A program made the position numbers and the translations under genes. Shown here piece after piece: positions 44,730 to 58,110 of a stretch of 64,000 nt of DNA. Position 1 is the stretch's first letter. Each line of letters begins with the position of its first letter. Source of the stretch: Octopus bimaculoides (taxonomy: Eukaryota); contig NC_068984.1 of NCBI RefSeq assembly GCF_001194135.2, positions 55,820,346 through 55,884,345 on the forward strand. The letters are read 5' to 3'. The notes below the pieces were generated by a model. It had not been told where the DNA came from. It searched no databases and saw only the letters and a list, made by a program, of their open reading frames with translations.

Positions 44730-46659
44730 TCGTATATAAATTTATAACATTGAATACGTGGCTATCTGTATATAAGTATGTGCATAATGTGCTCATCTGT
44801 GTGTGTGTATGTGAATGTTATGCATTTATGTATAAACATGTTTAAATATATATATATATATATATACAGCGAGTGGTGGATAGCAAAACATTCTCTTCAC
44901 ATTAATCACATTCGCAAGTCTGAATTCCTTCCTTAAAAGATGTCCAACTTCCTTACCCGCACCACAAAATTAGGGTTTTCATGACCAATTGAAANNNNNN
45001 NNNNNNNNNNNNNNNNNNNNNNNNNNNNNNNNNNNNNNNNNNNNNNNNNNNNNNNNNNNNNNNNNNNNNNNNNNNNNNNNNNNNNNNNNNNNNNNNNNNN
45101 NNNNNNNNNNNNNNNNNNNNNNATATATATGTACGAATGTTTGTAAGTGTACGAGTGCGTATGCATGACTTACATCTGAAGCATTACGCAGAAAGTTTAA
45201 AAAGAATATCATATTTATATTGACAAGATTATAACACAATGACTTATTTTTGCCAGATGTAGTTCCATCAGAGCGTCGGAGCCACAGCCTATGAAACGTC
45301 GAAGTCACTATCACTATTTTTCTTTAATGCATGTATGTATTCAATCATCACTAACGAACTTCTAATCGGAAACAACAAAGTGTAATCAATGGATTCAAAT
45401 TCAAGACCCAATAAGTGTTTGTCCGCAGTTTTATACACACATAATCATTTACACAGTTTTTATGTATTCATCATTTTTGTTTAACCCTGGAACAGCATAG
45501 TCCGTTGCATCTCTCATGTCTTCAAAGCGTTAAGGTGCGATCACTGGAAAGTCCATTTGATATTTACAACAGGTAGAGCGAAAACGAAGAGGTGTCTGTA
45601 TGTGCCGTCTTGTGTAGTATTTGGTGTTGTTTGCGGCATCATCTTTGGTCCTATTTCCGTTGTCACTCCCGATCAACTCGGTGAAGTAGCTTTGACCATT
45701 TTGTCATTATACTAGTAAGACGACTACACTATATAAAGTGTCCTTTCTATGTTTAAAGAGGTAGAGTGTAATATGATAAAGATATGGTGCATATTTCTAG
45801 TAGGTGAAGCGACTATATAATTATTGTTGATTTGTCTAGATCACACTTAATCAAGAGTATTTTTGGCCAAAGACTTTCCAGTCTTGAACATTCTATTTTA
45901 TTTCCAAACGTATTATCTCCAGACCTATATCATATAATATGTTCGGTAATGCAGCAGGGTTGGTTTTCAGTGAGATTTGGCTGGTATTGTTTGAAGCTAA
46001 TTCTTTTTCAAAGGTAAACATTGGCTCATTTTTACCTGGTAGGTAAAGGAAAATTTAATCCTTAAAAGCATCTCTTTTTGTCAAAACAGTTGTTTGTGTT
46101 TCGTTCTTCTGGTAATAGAACAGAATTTAACTTCAATAACAACAGTGTTCAGTGCCAAATTGTATGTATTTTTAAACAACTGAACGATCTCCTGAGATAA
46201 GAGAAAAAGAATAATATAATGTATATGTATGTTAATATCTAAGAATGCATCAAAATTGCGTTCCTATGGATCATGTGCGAGATATCCTGTGTTGTTCAAA
46301 CATAAAATCAAAAAACAAGCAAAGCCAGAGTTTCTCTCTCGTTGACTCGTCTCATGAGAGGTCTTTTCTGGTGGCACATTCTCATCTAGATTTGATTAAT
46401 TAGAACCACCACATTCAGTGACCATGCTCTGGGATTTATATTGTTGATATTCAGCAATAATTTGTTTCATGGATTTCCAGTTATGATGGAGACTTGCCGC
46501 TGTTAGTTATAGGATAAATAAATGAAACCAGAAGTAATCTCCAAGCTAGTGCTTTCATAATGTTTGAAGACTATACGTAGATACGCAAATACACACACAC
46601 ACACACATATACACATACACCCACACATACATGCACACACACACGTAGACACACATATG

Positions 46660-47488
46660 CAGGTTGTGATGGGTAAATTGTGGCTATTTTATATTTTTAT
46701 TTTGCGCATGCGCTTTGTTTGTTTGATTTTGTCAACTACACAAAATAGTAGGGTCAACGGGGCACCGTCTGTAAGAAAAACAGCATCATGACGCAATTCA
46801 CTCTGAGAGCGATTTGGAAATGACACGCTGTACTGTTTGACATTCGCACCGAAAGCTTCAATACGAACATTTCAGAGTGTTTGGGTGTCAATATGAGGAC
46901 ATGTACCGAGAATGATAAAATTCAAACTTCCAGTCAACATTATGATATTTGGAGTGATCACTAGTGATGGCGACGTTATGCCTCCATTCATCTTCCCGCG
47001 CCGCCTCAAACTCAATACGGAGGCCTACATCAAGTGCCTGGAGGAGGTAGTATTGCCCTGGATCAAGAGGGTTGCTGATAGAAGACCCTATGTCTGGCAA
47101 CAGGACTCTGCACAATACCGCACAAGCAGGAGAGCCCAGTCATAGCTCTGACCACCTAACTCACCAGACTGCAACCCCTTGATTATTATGTGTGGGGTGC
47201 AGTTGGGTGAGAGACCAACAAAACTCTTTGTGACACCAAAGATGAACTGAAGGCAAGATTTATGGCAGCATTCACCAACTTAAGAAGACCGTCCAGAAGA
47301 GTTGCAGGAGATTCCAAAGTCATCTACAGACCGTAGCAGAAGCGAATGGCGATTTTATTGAATGAATTTACTGTTTAGTGTTCCAAGATATTTTTATGCA
47401 ATTTTGGTAGATATATCTGTTAAAATGAGATGTCAGTTTTATATTCATTTTTGCGCAATTTTGACGACAATTTATTCACTGCACCCTG
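46660..47488 (+). mobile_element. Tc1/mariner DD37D (maT-like) internally deleted transposon
   Basis: ORF IMIFGVITSDGDVMPPFIF...WQQDSAQYRTSRRAQS followed by an SPDCNPLDYYVWGAV-like segment. 3' end CACCCTG-TA. Same family as 9857-10600. Confidence 0.9.
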
Positions 47489-47611
47489 TATATATATGTA
47501 TATGTGTACATATTTAGTTATGAGTTTTCGTAATGTATGTATTTGCACGCTAGCATGCATGAATGTATCACAGACAGATAGACAGACAGACAGTAAGATA
47601 GATAGACAGAC

Positions 47612-47662
<51 letters not shown>

Positions 47663-47839
47663 GAAAGAGATAGAGAGATAGAGAGATAGAGAGATAGAGA
47701 GATAGAGAGAGATGTAGGCAAGAAGAAGATTTAGGGAGTGTGAGTAAAATAGAAATACAGAATATAAATTTTCTATTATACACACAAATCACACACATAT
47801 ATATACTCATATACATGCATACACAAATGCGTACACATC

Positions 47840-48456
47840 TGTATGTATATTTGCTTATATATGTGAGTCTGCACCTGTGTATTGGCACGCGTATGTGTGT
47901 AATATGATCTTAGGGCAAATAGGAAATAAAGAAACACGTGTGGTTTTGAAGAGATGAAATATTGCAACAGTCTGCATCCTCAACAATTTTTGGCGCCCCA
48001 TCGTTAGTTTAATTAATTAATGAAACGTGAACGACAATAAAAGTGTTATCTCCGACAATATTCTCTTGAAGCACTGTAAATGATATCAAAGATTATTGTA
48101 TTATGGAAGTTTACTGTTTTTAACCTCTGATCAACATTCATTGGTCAGGCCTTTGAGCTAAGGCTTTTGCTCACGACCAACTCCCCGTTGTGGGAATATG
48201 AAGTATGTTATATAAGCGTAAGAGTGACATTTGAGGATGATTTAACTCTTATGTCCAGTAATTCTTACAGGCACTTCTGTAGAATCATTTTTGTTCATTA
48301 TAATGTATGTATATTTGCTTATATATGTGAGTCTGCACCTGTGTATTGGCACGCGTATGTGTGTAATATGATCTTAGGGCAAATAGGAAATAAAGAAACA
48401 CGTGTGGTTTTGAAGAGATGAAATATTGCAACAGTCTGCATCCTCAACAATTTTTG
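47840..48456 (+). repeat. Perfect 153-bp direct repeat (47840-47992 / 48304-48456) around a 311-bp spacer
   Basis: No differences seen between the copies by eye. Confidence 0.9.
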
Positions 48457-48616
48457 AAGAATATAAATGGAAATGTACTACTCACCTTTGTTGCATTTAA
48501 TACCAAAGTCAATATGTATGTGTCTGTATGTAGATGCATAAATGTATGCATGCATGTATGTGCGTATATATACATATATATGTGCGTGTGTTTGCACATA
48601 TACATACACATACATA

Positions 48617-48753
48617 TAGGCGCAGAAGTGGCTGTGTTCCGAGTTCAATTCCACTGCGTGACACCTTGGGCAAGTGTTTTCTACTATAGCCTCGGGCCGA
48701 CCAAAGCCTTGTGAGTGGATTTGGTAGACGATGGAAACTGAAAGAAGCCCATC

Positions 48754-48760
<7 letters not shown>
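48617..48760 (+). mobile_element. Octopus-type SINE 5' half
   Basis: GGCGCAGAAGTGGCTGTG...GGGCAAGTGTTTTCTACTATAGCCTCGGGCCGACCAAAGCCTTGTGAGTGGATTTGGTAGAC. Further fragments at ~6130-6270, 6965-7135, 9715-9810, 10597-10690, 17560-17730, 30900-30945, 31190-31265 and 36060-36210. Confidence 0.85.
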
Positions 48761-48789
<29 letters not shown>

Positions 48790-49088
48790 NNNNNNNNNNN
48801 NNNNNNNNNNNNNNNNNNNNNNNNNNNNNNNNNNNNNNNNNNNACGGAGATGTACTTGCATAGCAAGCGACCTGATCTGAGATCGTGTGCTGGAACGAAA
48901 ACAGTTGCAGCGTGGAAGGTGTTTATAAACCATTTAAGAAATACATAAAAACCGTTAGATTCACTTGAATATTTAAATTGAATTTGCCAAAATATTTTCG
49001 CCGCTTTGAGACCGCGACCTGTTCACTGACAAAATTCCGTGCTGCATCTGAGAAAGTAACAGTTAGTTCATGATATATATGTATGTAC

Positions 49089-49119
<31 letters not shown>

Positions 49120-50199
49120 TGTATGTATGTGCGTATGCATTTGTGTACATGCGTATGCATGTGTGCATGCCTATACGCATGTATGTATGTATGTATGTAT
49201 GTACTTATGGTTGTACGTGAGTAAATAGGTAACTGTGTAGACGTGTCTGTGTGTGTGTACATGTGTATGTACATGTGAACGTATGTTTATGTACTGATAT
49301 GTATGTCTGTTCAAGTTGTATACATGTTGTATAAAGTAACAGTAATGTTAACCAATATTTTGCGTGTGGAAGAATTTCACTGAATTACTGTGAAAAATCA
49401 TAAATATCGCAACATCCAACAAAAATTCATAATTTTTTTTTTCTTTTTGATATATCACTGAAAGCAGCCTGTAATGTTGAAACATTCATATTTTTGACTT
49501 TCTTGTTGCATGAAAAACATTGACATAAAAAAATAAGAAGCGATATTACTCGGAACATGACACTCCACTTCACTAAAGGAGCCTACGGCTTTCAATATTT
49601 ACATTACTTAATTTATTGACTCCTGAGTAATTTTTAAGTTGCAAACCAAAGTTATTGTTTAACAGAATACTGTTAAGCGCCATGCTGAGTTCTCTACAGA
49701 TTTTAAGAAATTCATTAAAATTTCTAATTTCCGCTTACAAACAACATTAAAATAGTCACAAATTTATTTTAACACACATGAGAAAATTTCGATACACGGT
49801 TGCTGCTTACAGCTGGAGAAAATTCAAAAAACGTTAATTTAACAAAAAAATATTTAACTACTATGACGTCACTGTTGGTATTATACAAAGAAATTTTAGA
49901 ATATAGAAAACTAAATGCTATCTGGCATACAAAGGACTCTTCTAGACGGCCTCTTGGCTTGCTAGAAATGACCGTCATGCCCCATGGTTCTAACACTTAG
50001 GAAAAACGGGATGGTCACGACAGGAATATTCGATCAACTCTAACTGACATTAACAAACTGACTGCTATAACGTATAAGAATTTTATAATCTCGAGGTGTT
50101 TAAATTTTTTAAACATTTATGCTGTAAAAAGAAAGCATCCATTTTCTAAAAGAAATTGTTTTTCGGAATTGTGTTTCCATCATGAAAACATTTCAATCA

Positions 50200-50900
50200 A
50201 TTAACATTTCTCTTTTGGTTTGTCTTTGCTTTTTAGTTTTAAGTTTGCTTTTCTTTCTTACGTGTTTTCTGCACTTAATAGTTCGCATTTGATCGATACA
50301 TGCCAGCCTCATCAAGAATTGGTCCTTTACTTTCATCTCAACTATCATCTCTTTCATTACTTCATATCACTAACTTTCCACCCTATACCTACCCAAACAA
50401 CATCACTTTCTCCTTTTTTCGATCTGTATTTTGTTTAGTAATTATTTTTGTTTTATATTGTTTTTTGTTTTTTTTTCTTCATTTCCTCCCAGCAGTTGTT
50501 TGTTACTCTTCATTACGTTTTTCATACTTTTCCGTACATTTTGATACTTCTCTGTGCAGTTTTTCTCGCTACCTCTCCTTATCCACTGCCTTCAGAAATT
50601 AATTCTTACTCTTCATATGCTACTACTATACATTGATACACACTACTTCTCTCTTTTGCGATTTTTTCTAGTCTTTTCCATTGTCTTCTGACGTTTCTTT
50701 TTTTTTATTTGTAAATTCCATTCCACGATGTTCACCTCTTTACCTTTTCTTTTTCTTTATATTCTTCATTCTCACACGCTTTGTCATTCATCACACTTTC
50801 TTTCTCATTAATTTTTTTTCCTCTCTGTGTCTCTCTCTAACTGCCTTTCTTTCGCATTTTATGCCTCTTTCCCCGTTCTCTTTTTCATTCTCTTTTTTCT
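50200..50900 (+). repeat. Long pyrimidine-rich low-complexity tract
   Basis: T/C-dominated sequence yielding F/L/S-rich spurious ORFs in all plus frames. Confidence 0.8.
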
Positions 50901-51164
50901 TTGTGTATATGTGTGTGTGTGTTTATATACATATATACAAACACATACACGCATATACACATATAAAAGTCAATGTGAGCATTTCCATGTTGCACTACTC
51001 TGTACCTAGGTAGCTGAAATTTTCCATAGGTACGCATCTGTTCAAGTAAAAGATCACAGACTATGAAACCTTCCCTGAAATTTGTTCGTTTTAAAGCATA
51101 ACAGATATTGTTTGCTCCCAACGCAAGTATAGCAACAAATACTGGAAAAATGATATATTTTTAT

Positions 51165-51660
51165 CTTTTACATGTCTCACTCGTTGGACAGCGATTATGC
51201 TGAGGCACCATCTAGAGAATGGTTTAGTCGAACAAAACGTCCCCGTATTTATTATTTTTTTAAAGTCTGGTAGTTTGCTAGTCGGCTTCTTTTGCCAAGC
51301 CGCTACGCTATAGGGGCAAATAGAAAAACCACACTGGTTGTCAAGCTGTGATGGGAGGCAAATACAACCAGAGACACACACACACACAACCACACACACA
51401 CACACAAACACACACACAAACACACACACACACACACACAAATACATTCATACATATAAACATACGTGTGTGTGTGTGTGTGTGTGTGTGGTTGTGTGTA
51501 AAATTATATTGTACAGGCTCCATCAACCATATTCCTTCAAAAGGCATTGCTCAAACTGGGGTTATAATAGAAGATACGTGCAGCAGGTGTCACGCAGTGA
51601 GACTGAATCCGAAACCACGTGATAGCAAAACGAGATTCTTAACTATAAAGCTATGCTTCG
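51165..51660 (-). mobile_element. Octopus-type SINE with expanded internal microsatellite
   Basis: Head at ~51540-51660 and tail at ~51165-51350 in reverse orientation. Confidence 0.75.
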
Positions 51661-52416
51661 TCTATAATTATATAATTATTATTTTTATAGTAATTATATA
51701 AATTACTTTAATTTTTAAAAATGTATTTTTATCTCCGAAATAAAAAAAAGTATAGGAATCAAAGTTTATTTTCAGTTCTGGTAGCGTTTATTTCGAGCAT
51801 TTTATAAATCTCAAATTAAACAGTTCTAAATTGCTTGGAGTGAATCAACCTACCTAGACTAAATGAAGTTATAGAAAATATAACAAAGTAAACTAGACAC
51901 ATGCAGCGCATTATAGCTGGTATATATATAATCAAAATAAACAACAAGGATATCCAGAGGTAATGCAGTACGATCGTTTCATGCAACTCCATTTAATTGA
52001 ACAATGCAATCATTACATCAGTTGAAAAGCAGAGTAATCCTCAGCTGCACAAAGACATACAATTTAATTAAATTAAAACAGATGGACACATTAGTATAAT
52101 TATACCTAAAATCTCCAAGAAGTTAAGGAGATAGACAAAGAACATGCTGCCTTCACTCCAGCATAGAAGTTACTAAGGAATCAAAAAGATATACATTTTT
52201 ACAGACTCTGCCTGTCACTGATTTTTTTTTGTTTGTTTTTATGGGGTCAATTTTAATTTATAGACTAGTTTATCAAATCCTTGTATATCTAAGGCTATAC
52301 ATATATATATATATATATGTATAGCCTTAGATATACAAGNNNNNNNNNNCAGACGAGGACAGGTGGTGTAAATAACAAAAGTATATATTAGTATGACGCT
52401 CGGGAATACGGAAAGT

Positions 52417-52451
52417 CTTTGACGTTTCGAGCTACGCTCTTCAACAGAAAG
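52417..52451 (-). ncRNA. Minimal type-I hammerhead-ribozyme-like motif (Penelope-type)
   Basis: Minus strand reads CTTT-CTGTTGA-A-GAGC-GTA-GCTC-GAAAC-GTC-AAAG. Stem I is CTTT/AAAG, stem II is GAGC/GCTC, and the core GAAAC-GUC has a palindromic ACGT in place of helix III. A6 is substituted by U. Confidence 0.55.
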
Positions 52452-52519
52452 AATACGGAGACAAGGAGAAAAACACGGAGAAAAAAAATTGAATAGTGTT
52501 CAGTCAATAAAAAATGTAG

Positions 52520-52766
52520 AGTTCTTTCCCGAGTCATATTGGCTCATATGGCCGGTTGCCCCGGTTTCTATGGCGTATATATTTCCCACCTGGACGGGAC
52601 GCCGGTCCATCGCAGAATTACTCATTTTTACCAGCTGTATAGATTGGGTCAACGTTAAATAAAGAGTTCTGCTGAAGAACACAATGCATCACTCGGTCCT
52701 GGAATCGAAACCACAATCTTACCACCATGAGTCCAACACTCTAACCACTAAGCCACTCGCCTCCAC
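52520..52766 (-). mobile_element. tRNA-derived SINE with Meta-domain-like core
   Basis: A/B-box-like head GGCGAGTGGCTTAGTGGTTAGAG...GGTTTCGATTCCAGGAC, then GCGATGGACCGGCGTCCCGTCCAGG...AGAAACCGGG. A decayed related head lies at ~720-900. Confidence 0.75.
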
Positions 52767-53721
52767 TATATATACATACATACGTATAGATAGATAGATA
52801 GATAGACAGATAGATACATACATACATACATACATACATACATGCATACAATCGACCATACTATACGTGTTTCGGTTTAAGGATCTTGCCAAGCGTGACA
52901 CTCTTGACAAGATCCATCAGTCAAAACAGCTGTGATGTGATCGATTGAAGAAATGTAAGTAAAAATCCTGCATTCGCTTTATGTATAGAATACTGTCTCG
53001 AAACGTGTATGCTTGGTTTTATTTCCATTAACAAAAGAACATTTATGTCTGTGTGTACACCTGTGTGTACACCTGTGTGTGTGTGTCTGTGTGTATGTAT
53101 GTATGTATGTATATACATGTATGTATATGTGTGTGTGCGTGTGTGTACATTCGTGCGTGTGTGTACATTCGTGCGTGCGTGCATGCGTGTGTGTATGTAT
53201 TTGCGTTCGAGTGTGCGTGCATGCGTGAGCGTTTGTGTGGATATATATATATATATATATATATATTAACTTTCGTCCTCTCCCCACCAATGAATTCCCG
53301 TCTATTTCTCTTCAATAGCCGCTTTAAGTTTTATCATTATATATCGTCTCTCACACACTACACTCAATCCTCACACCCTGTTACTGCATCACTTCTTCCT
53401 TCCCTTGTCTGACTTCCTCTTACGTCGATCCTTCCTCAGATGAAATTATCATTATTCTATTAATAGATAGTAGTATGTATTAGCGACGTCTCCGCAGATA
53501 CTCCTCTCAAAATGATTATCACCATAACTCTGTAAACATGTTATCGTCTTTCTATACTTAATGGAGAATATTTCTGTTACTTTAATAGTATTTGATTTGA
53601 TTGAGCATCCGACTCTATAGCCTCCTGGATATTTTAGACGATGATCGATATCACCTGATCATGTATACAACTTAAAAGCACAAGACTTTGCCAAAACAGT
53701 TAACAGTAAACTTTTTTAAAC

Positions 53722-54029
53722 CTTAAAGCAGAAACTGGAAAAGCTGAAGCTTTTAAGTATTTTAATAAACAAACATCTATGATACGATTCTTTAAGATCG
53801 CAATCGATTTCTGATATAAGTTTTAGTTTTAAAGATAACAACAGCATATGTCGATAGCAACAAATAATGTCTTCTTGAAAAATAAAACCAATGTTTGGAA
53901 CAACAGACGGAAGGAAAAAGCTATATCTCCCTAAATTACTCAACAAATAGATAGGAAATATATTTATCCGTTTTTCTGCTTCTTTTAGCTTAAACGACCA
54001 CTGTGAGAACTTTTGTTTGATCACATGAC
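53722..54029 (-). CDS. Candidate exon (GHVIKQKFSQW...KILKSFSFSSFCFK)
   Basis: Lies inside a 117-aa ORF in very AT-rich DNA. Acceptor tactatttcagcag|, weak donor AAG|GTTTAA, phase 1 to 0. It may contain an in-frame ~66-nt mini-intron. Confidence 0.25.
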
Positions 54030-55963
54030 CTGCTGAAATAGTATAACACTCGTCATCCTCATTTCCCAACTTAATTCATTTAAAAGAAAATGTCACATTG
54101 TTTTATCGGTAGGGACGAGCTGTGCCGTGATATATTTTTCATCGAAGCTTCCAAGACTCGTGTCACGAAGAGAGAAAGTTTTTTTCTCAAAATAATCTGA
54201 TCTTTGCAAGGAAATGGATCCCACTAAAAACATCCAAGAAATTGGTGGTTGTGTTTCAGCAGATGCTTTGTAAACTATACTGCCCGATCACTCTGAACAC
54301 AAAGACGCGAAACAAATACAGCATGATGTCTAGTCCAACATTCAAACAACATCGCCAATCCTGAGCTGATATCGGTCCCTAACGGATATGAAGCAAAATT
54401 ACGAGATTTGAACCCTCAGCATAGAGAGACGGTACAAATAGTGCAAGAGGTATTGTCCCACAATTTAATGATCCTACCTCAAAATAAAGTGTTAGATACT
54501 CTACACCTGAGAAAAATGGAGTGATCAGAGTCGGAATGCCTTGCTTTACTCTTACTCGCTTTACCTAGGGCTAAACAATTACTAAAGCAGAAAATGACAA
54601 CAACAACTGCGACAACAATAACTTCACAATCAGACAGTATAAATACTGGAAAATATATTTTTATACTATTTTCGTCTGCCTCTAAAAATAAGTTGGAAAA
54701 CGTTCACTTCAGAAGAGTGATATCAACTTTTCTCATTGTCTTGCATAAGACCAAAATCTTATAAGTAGATGATATATCTAATTGAATTGACCTGAATATA
54801 TCTGGACTTTTATATAGTTGCTGCACCTGTCAGAATTAACAGCCAAATCTTTTTCAAATTACACCCTAATGTCTTCCAAAAAAATGGAAGTATATGTAGG
54901 ATAAGGAAGTCTTTCACAGTTGAAAGACAAGCTTTGATGACGTATGTAGAAGCTCGCTCAGCGTCGATGGCACCTCTAACAGTCAGGCTTAACTATATAT
55001 TTATAACAGGAACTGAATAGGAAATAAATCTTTTCTTAACAGAGTTGCTAATGTCAAATTATTTGGTACTTATAATCTAGCCTTTAGTTGCTTTGTGACT
55101 TTCCAGATTTTAAATACCTTTTTTTAAATGTCTTTCTTAAAATTTTCACGCCCAGATTTTTGTGGGACACGCAAAGCTGTTTACCAAAAGAGTGGGCGAG
55201 CGTTCTTCTACTGACAACAATCTAACAAAACGGTCTGCGACGTAGAAAGTATGCCGTCAATCTACACGCACATTGTTACAGAGTTATTCGCCCGGAAACA
55301 CGGAGCATTTGGATTCTTTTCATGGCGTATGGTGCTGGAAACCACTCATCCATCCTTTGTGTTATTCAGCGACGACTACGATGGCCAACATATAACAATT
55401 CTGTTCAAAGAAAAAGCAAATCACAATGCATATGAATTCACAGTCCCTATGATTTGCATTTTCGCCAGGTTTTCTCTATAATTTCTATAGTTATTACGAT
55501 ATAAAACAACTGATAATTACTTGAAACCAACTCAAACTTAACACCGCAGGAATTTAACTATAAGCAAAATTAAAGATAAGTTATTTTTGAAAATAAGTTT
55601 ACAAGTTTAACTGTGAATAGAAATACTGTTGATTTAGGGGTGTAAATTGCTGTTTAGTCTCCGACCGGAAATGTTTCGACAGATAAATGATCAAAGGCAT
55701 TCAATTCGTGGCCATTCGATCTTTTTGCATGTAGCGAACCATTATTACCAAGAGTGTTCTTTCTTTTCTCGGGACGGTAACAAGTGATTTGAGAGAGATT
55801 TGGTTGATATTTTAGCTGATTGAGAGGCCACTTAAAGGGTATCTCGATCATCATTCGCATGGCTCTTTGTGATGTAAGTATGTAGCAAAGGTATTAATGA
55901 AATTTTCTCATTTTGTAAGGTATAGTTAATATCAAAATAATCTGTAAACCGGCTTGGATTAAA

Positions 55964-56305
55964 GACGCAGGCACGGCCGTGTCTTTAAAAAGCTTGTTTT
56001 GTAACCGCCTGGTTTCTGATTCAGTCGCTTTAGACAAATGTTATTTACTATAGCCTAATGGTTGATCTATACCACGTGAATTGTATGTATGTGTGTGTTT
56101 CGTATTCGTCCCCACCACCGCTTGACAACCAGTGTTCGTTATTAGATGTCCCCGTATCCTAACGGTTCGGCAAAGAAGCCTGATAGAATAAGTACCAGAC
56201 TTACAAATATAAGTATTGAGGTCATTTTATTAGACTAAACCTATCAAGGTGGGACCTCATCATGGCCGTAGTCAAGTAACTGATGCAGGGAAAAGAAAAA
56301 AGAAA
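55964..56305 (+). mobile_element. Octopus-type SINE, near full length
   Basis: Same head, body and tail as 26963-27381. Confidence 0.8.
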
Positions 56306-57002
56306 ATGTAATTTATATTTTGCGAAGACCTATCTAATTTTCCATACAGCACTGTAAAATTATTTCCTAGTATATTTGTATTCTTTGGTTAAACATAACT
56401 TGGGCATTATGCTTAGCAGCAGTTCTTTTCTTTTTTTACTTTTTTAATTATATAACCTTAGCTCTGCTCAAAACATTTGTAACGATGTGAGCCAAGGTGT
56501 TGACCATTTATGTCATTTTTGTAGATATTATCTAAATCACACTAAAAGAATATTATTTTGTTTCCAGTGAAAAATTCTGTTCTTAATAGCCTTAATAAAT
56601 TTTCTTTCTGACATATCTAATTAAATAAAATAAAAGAGAAACTTATCTCCCACCGTCATTTCTTTTTGTTCTATACAGAATACACTGAAAATTAAACAAC
56701 CTTGTTTCCACAGAAATATCTACGAATCGGCAGAGTAATTGGTGTAAAAGAATCAAATTAATTGGTTCCTTATATTTTGCCAGCTAAATGATAGAGGGTA
56801 AATACCACCTGGGAGTATTTTGCAAATACAATACGATCTCACAAAACATCGTGAGTTGAAAAACTTCGTTCAATGTAGATTATACAAACAATTTAGTAGA
56901 CAAACATTCACCCTAAATTTGCTTAAAATCTAGAAACGACAAACAAACTTTCTCAATTAAGACTATGTTTGGCTTCCTATTTTCTATCTCATGGTCGCAC
57001 TG

Positions 57003-58062
57003 AATCATAAAATCCCATAGGATCTTTGCATTTCTATCTTCGACGATACCTTCAGGTTTGTGGTCGTACCAATTTTTTCTCTGTCAAGTCCATACTTGTT
57101 GCAAAGCGTCCAATGGACAAGCCTGGCTATATTGTTGTGGTGTCTCTCATATTCCTTCTGGGCTAGTGGCGTACATTGGCTGGTGATATGCCATACGGTT
57201 TCACCGTTTTGTCCACAGATTCTGCACTTATCACTTTCTGCTGTGTTGTCTATTCTGTATTTTATGCAGTTTGTTCTTAGTGCTTGTTCTTGGGCAGCAC
57301 TGATTAGAGCCTCCGTTTCCGGTTTTAAATCACTTTTAGTCATCCACAGCGATCTTTTTTCTCTGTCTTATCTTCAACATCCCTATGAAATTCACCATGC
57401 ATCCTATTTTCAGTTTCATTCGTTTTCAGTTTCTTATGTAGTGCTTTATCTTTGCAATCTTTCATCCTACACAAGCCTGACCTTCTTACTTCTAATAATA
57501 GCGGTTCTGTGGCATTTTTTTACATACCATCCTATGTTGTTTTCTTCTGCTCTAATGCTGTGTTCGCATCCAATGAGTCTTATCATATAGTCTCTCTGTT
57601 CCACCTTTTGGGTGGAGTGACCCATATCTAGTTAGCAACTTTCTTGTCTTTCTGTCTAAGCAGTTTAGTTCGTCTACTGTCCAAGCGATTACCCCTGTTC
57701 CATATCTAAGGAGTGAAACCGCCCAGGTGTTGATAGCTTCGACCTTATTCCGTCCGTTTAATTTCGACTTAAGGATCAGTCTCAGTCTGCGTAAGTACTC
57801 CACCTTAAATTTTTCTGTCATTTCTTTCTCCATCAATTTATCCATTTCCAAAATCCCCAAGTACTTATAGCCCATCTCTTCTATCTGATTTATAACCTCC
57901 CCCGACGGTACCGTTAGCCCGTCCATACATTTGATTTTGCTTCTCTTCAAGACTAACACACCACACTTTCTAAGTCCGAACTCCAATCTGACATCAGCAC
58001 TGAAGGTATACATCATATCAAGGACGGAACTGACAAGGGCTTCATCTTTACCATAAAGTTTG
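57003..58062 (-). mobile_element. 5'-truncated non-LTR retrotransposon, R4/Dong-like (RT C-terminus plus CCHC)
   Basis: FKLYGKD...EFGLRKCGVL...YKYLGILE...LKSKLNGRNKVEAINTWAVSLLRY, then ETEALISAAQEQALRT and the CRICGQNGETVWHITSQC zinc knuckle. Frameshifted. Confidence 0.9.
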
Positions 58063-58078
58063 AATTATTATTATTATT

Positions 58079-58110
<32 letters not shown>

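Noticed and set aside
52281-52340. Perfect palindrome TGTATATCTAAGGCTATAC(AT)n GTATAGCCTTAGATATACA
   Set aside because: It ends at a 10-N gap and is centred on (AT)n, which is typical of a short-read assembly fold-back artefact.
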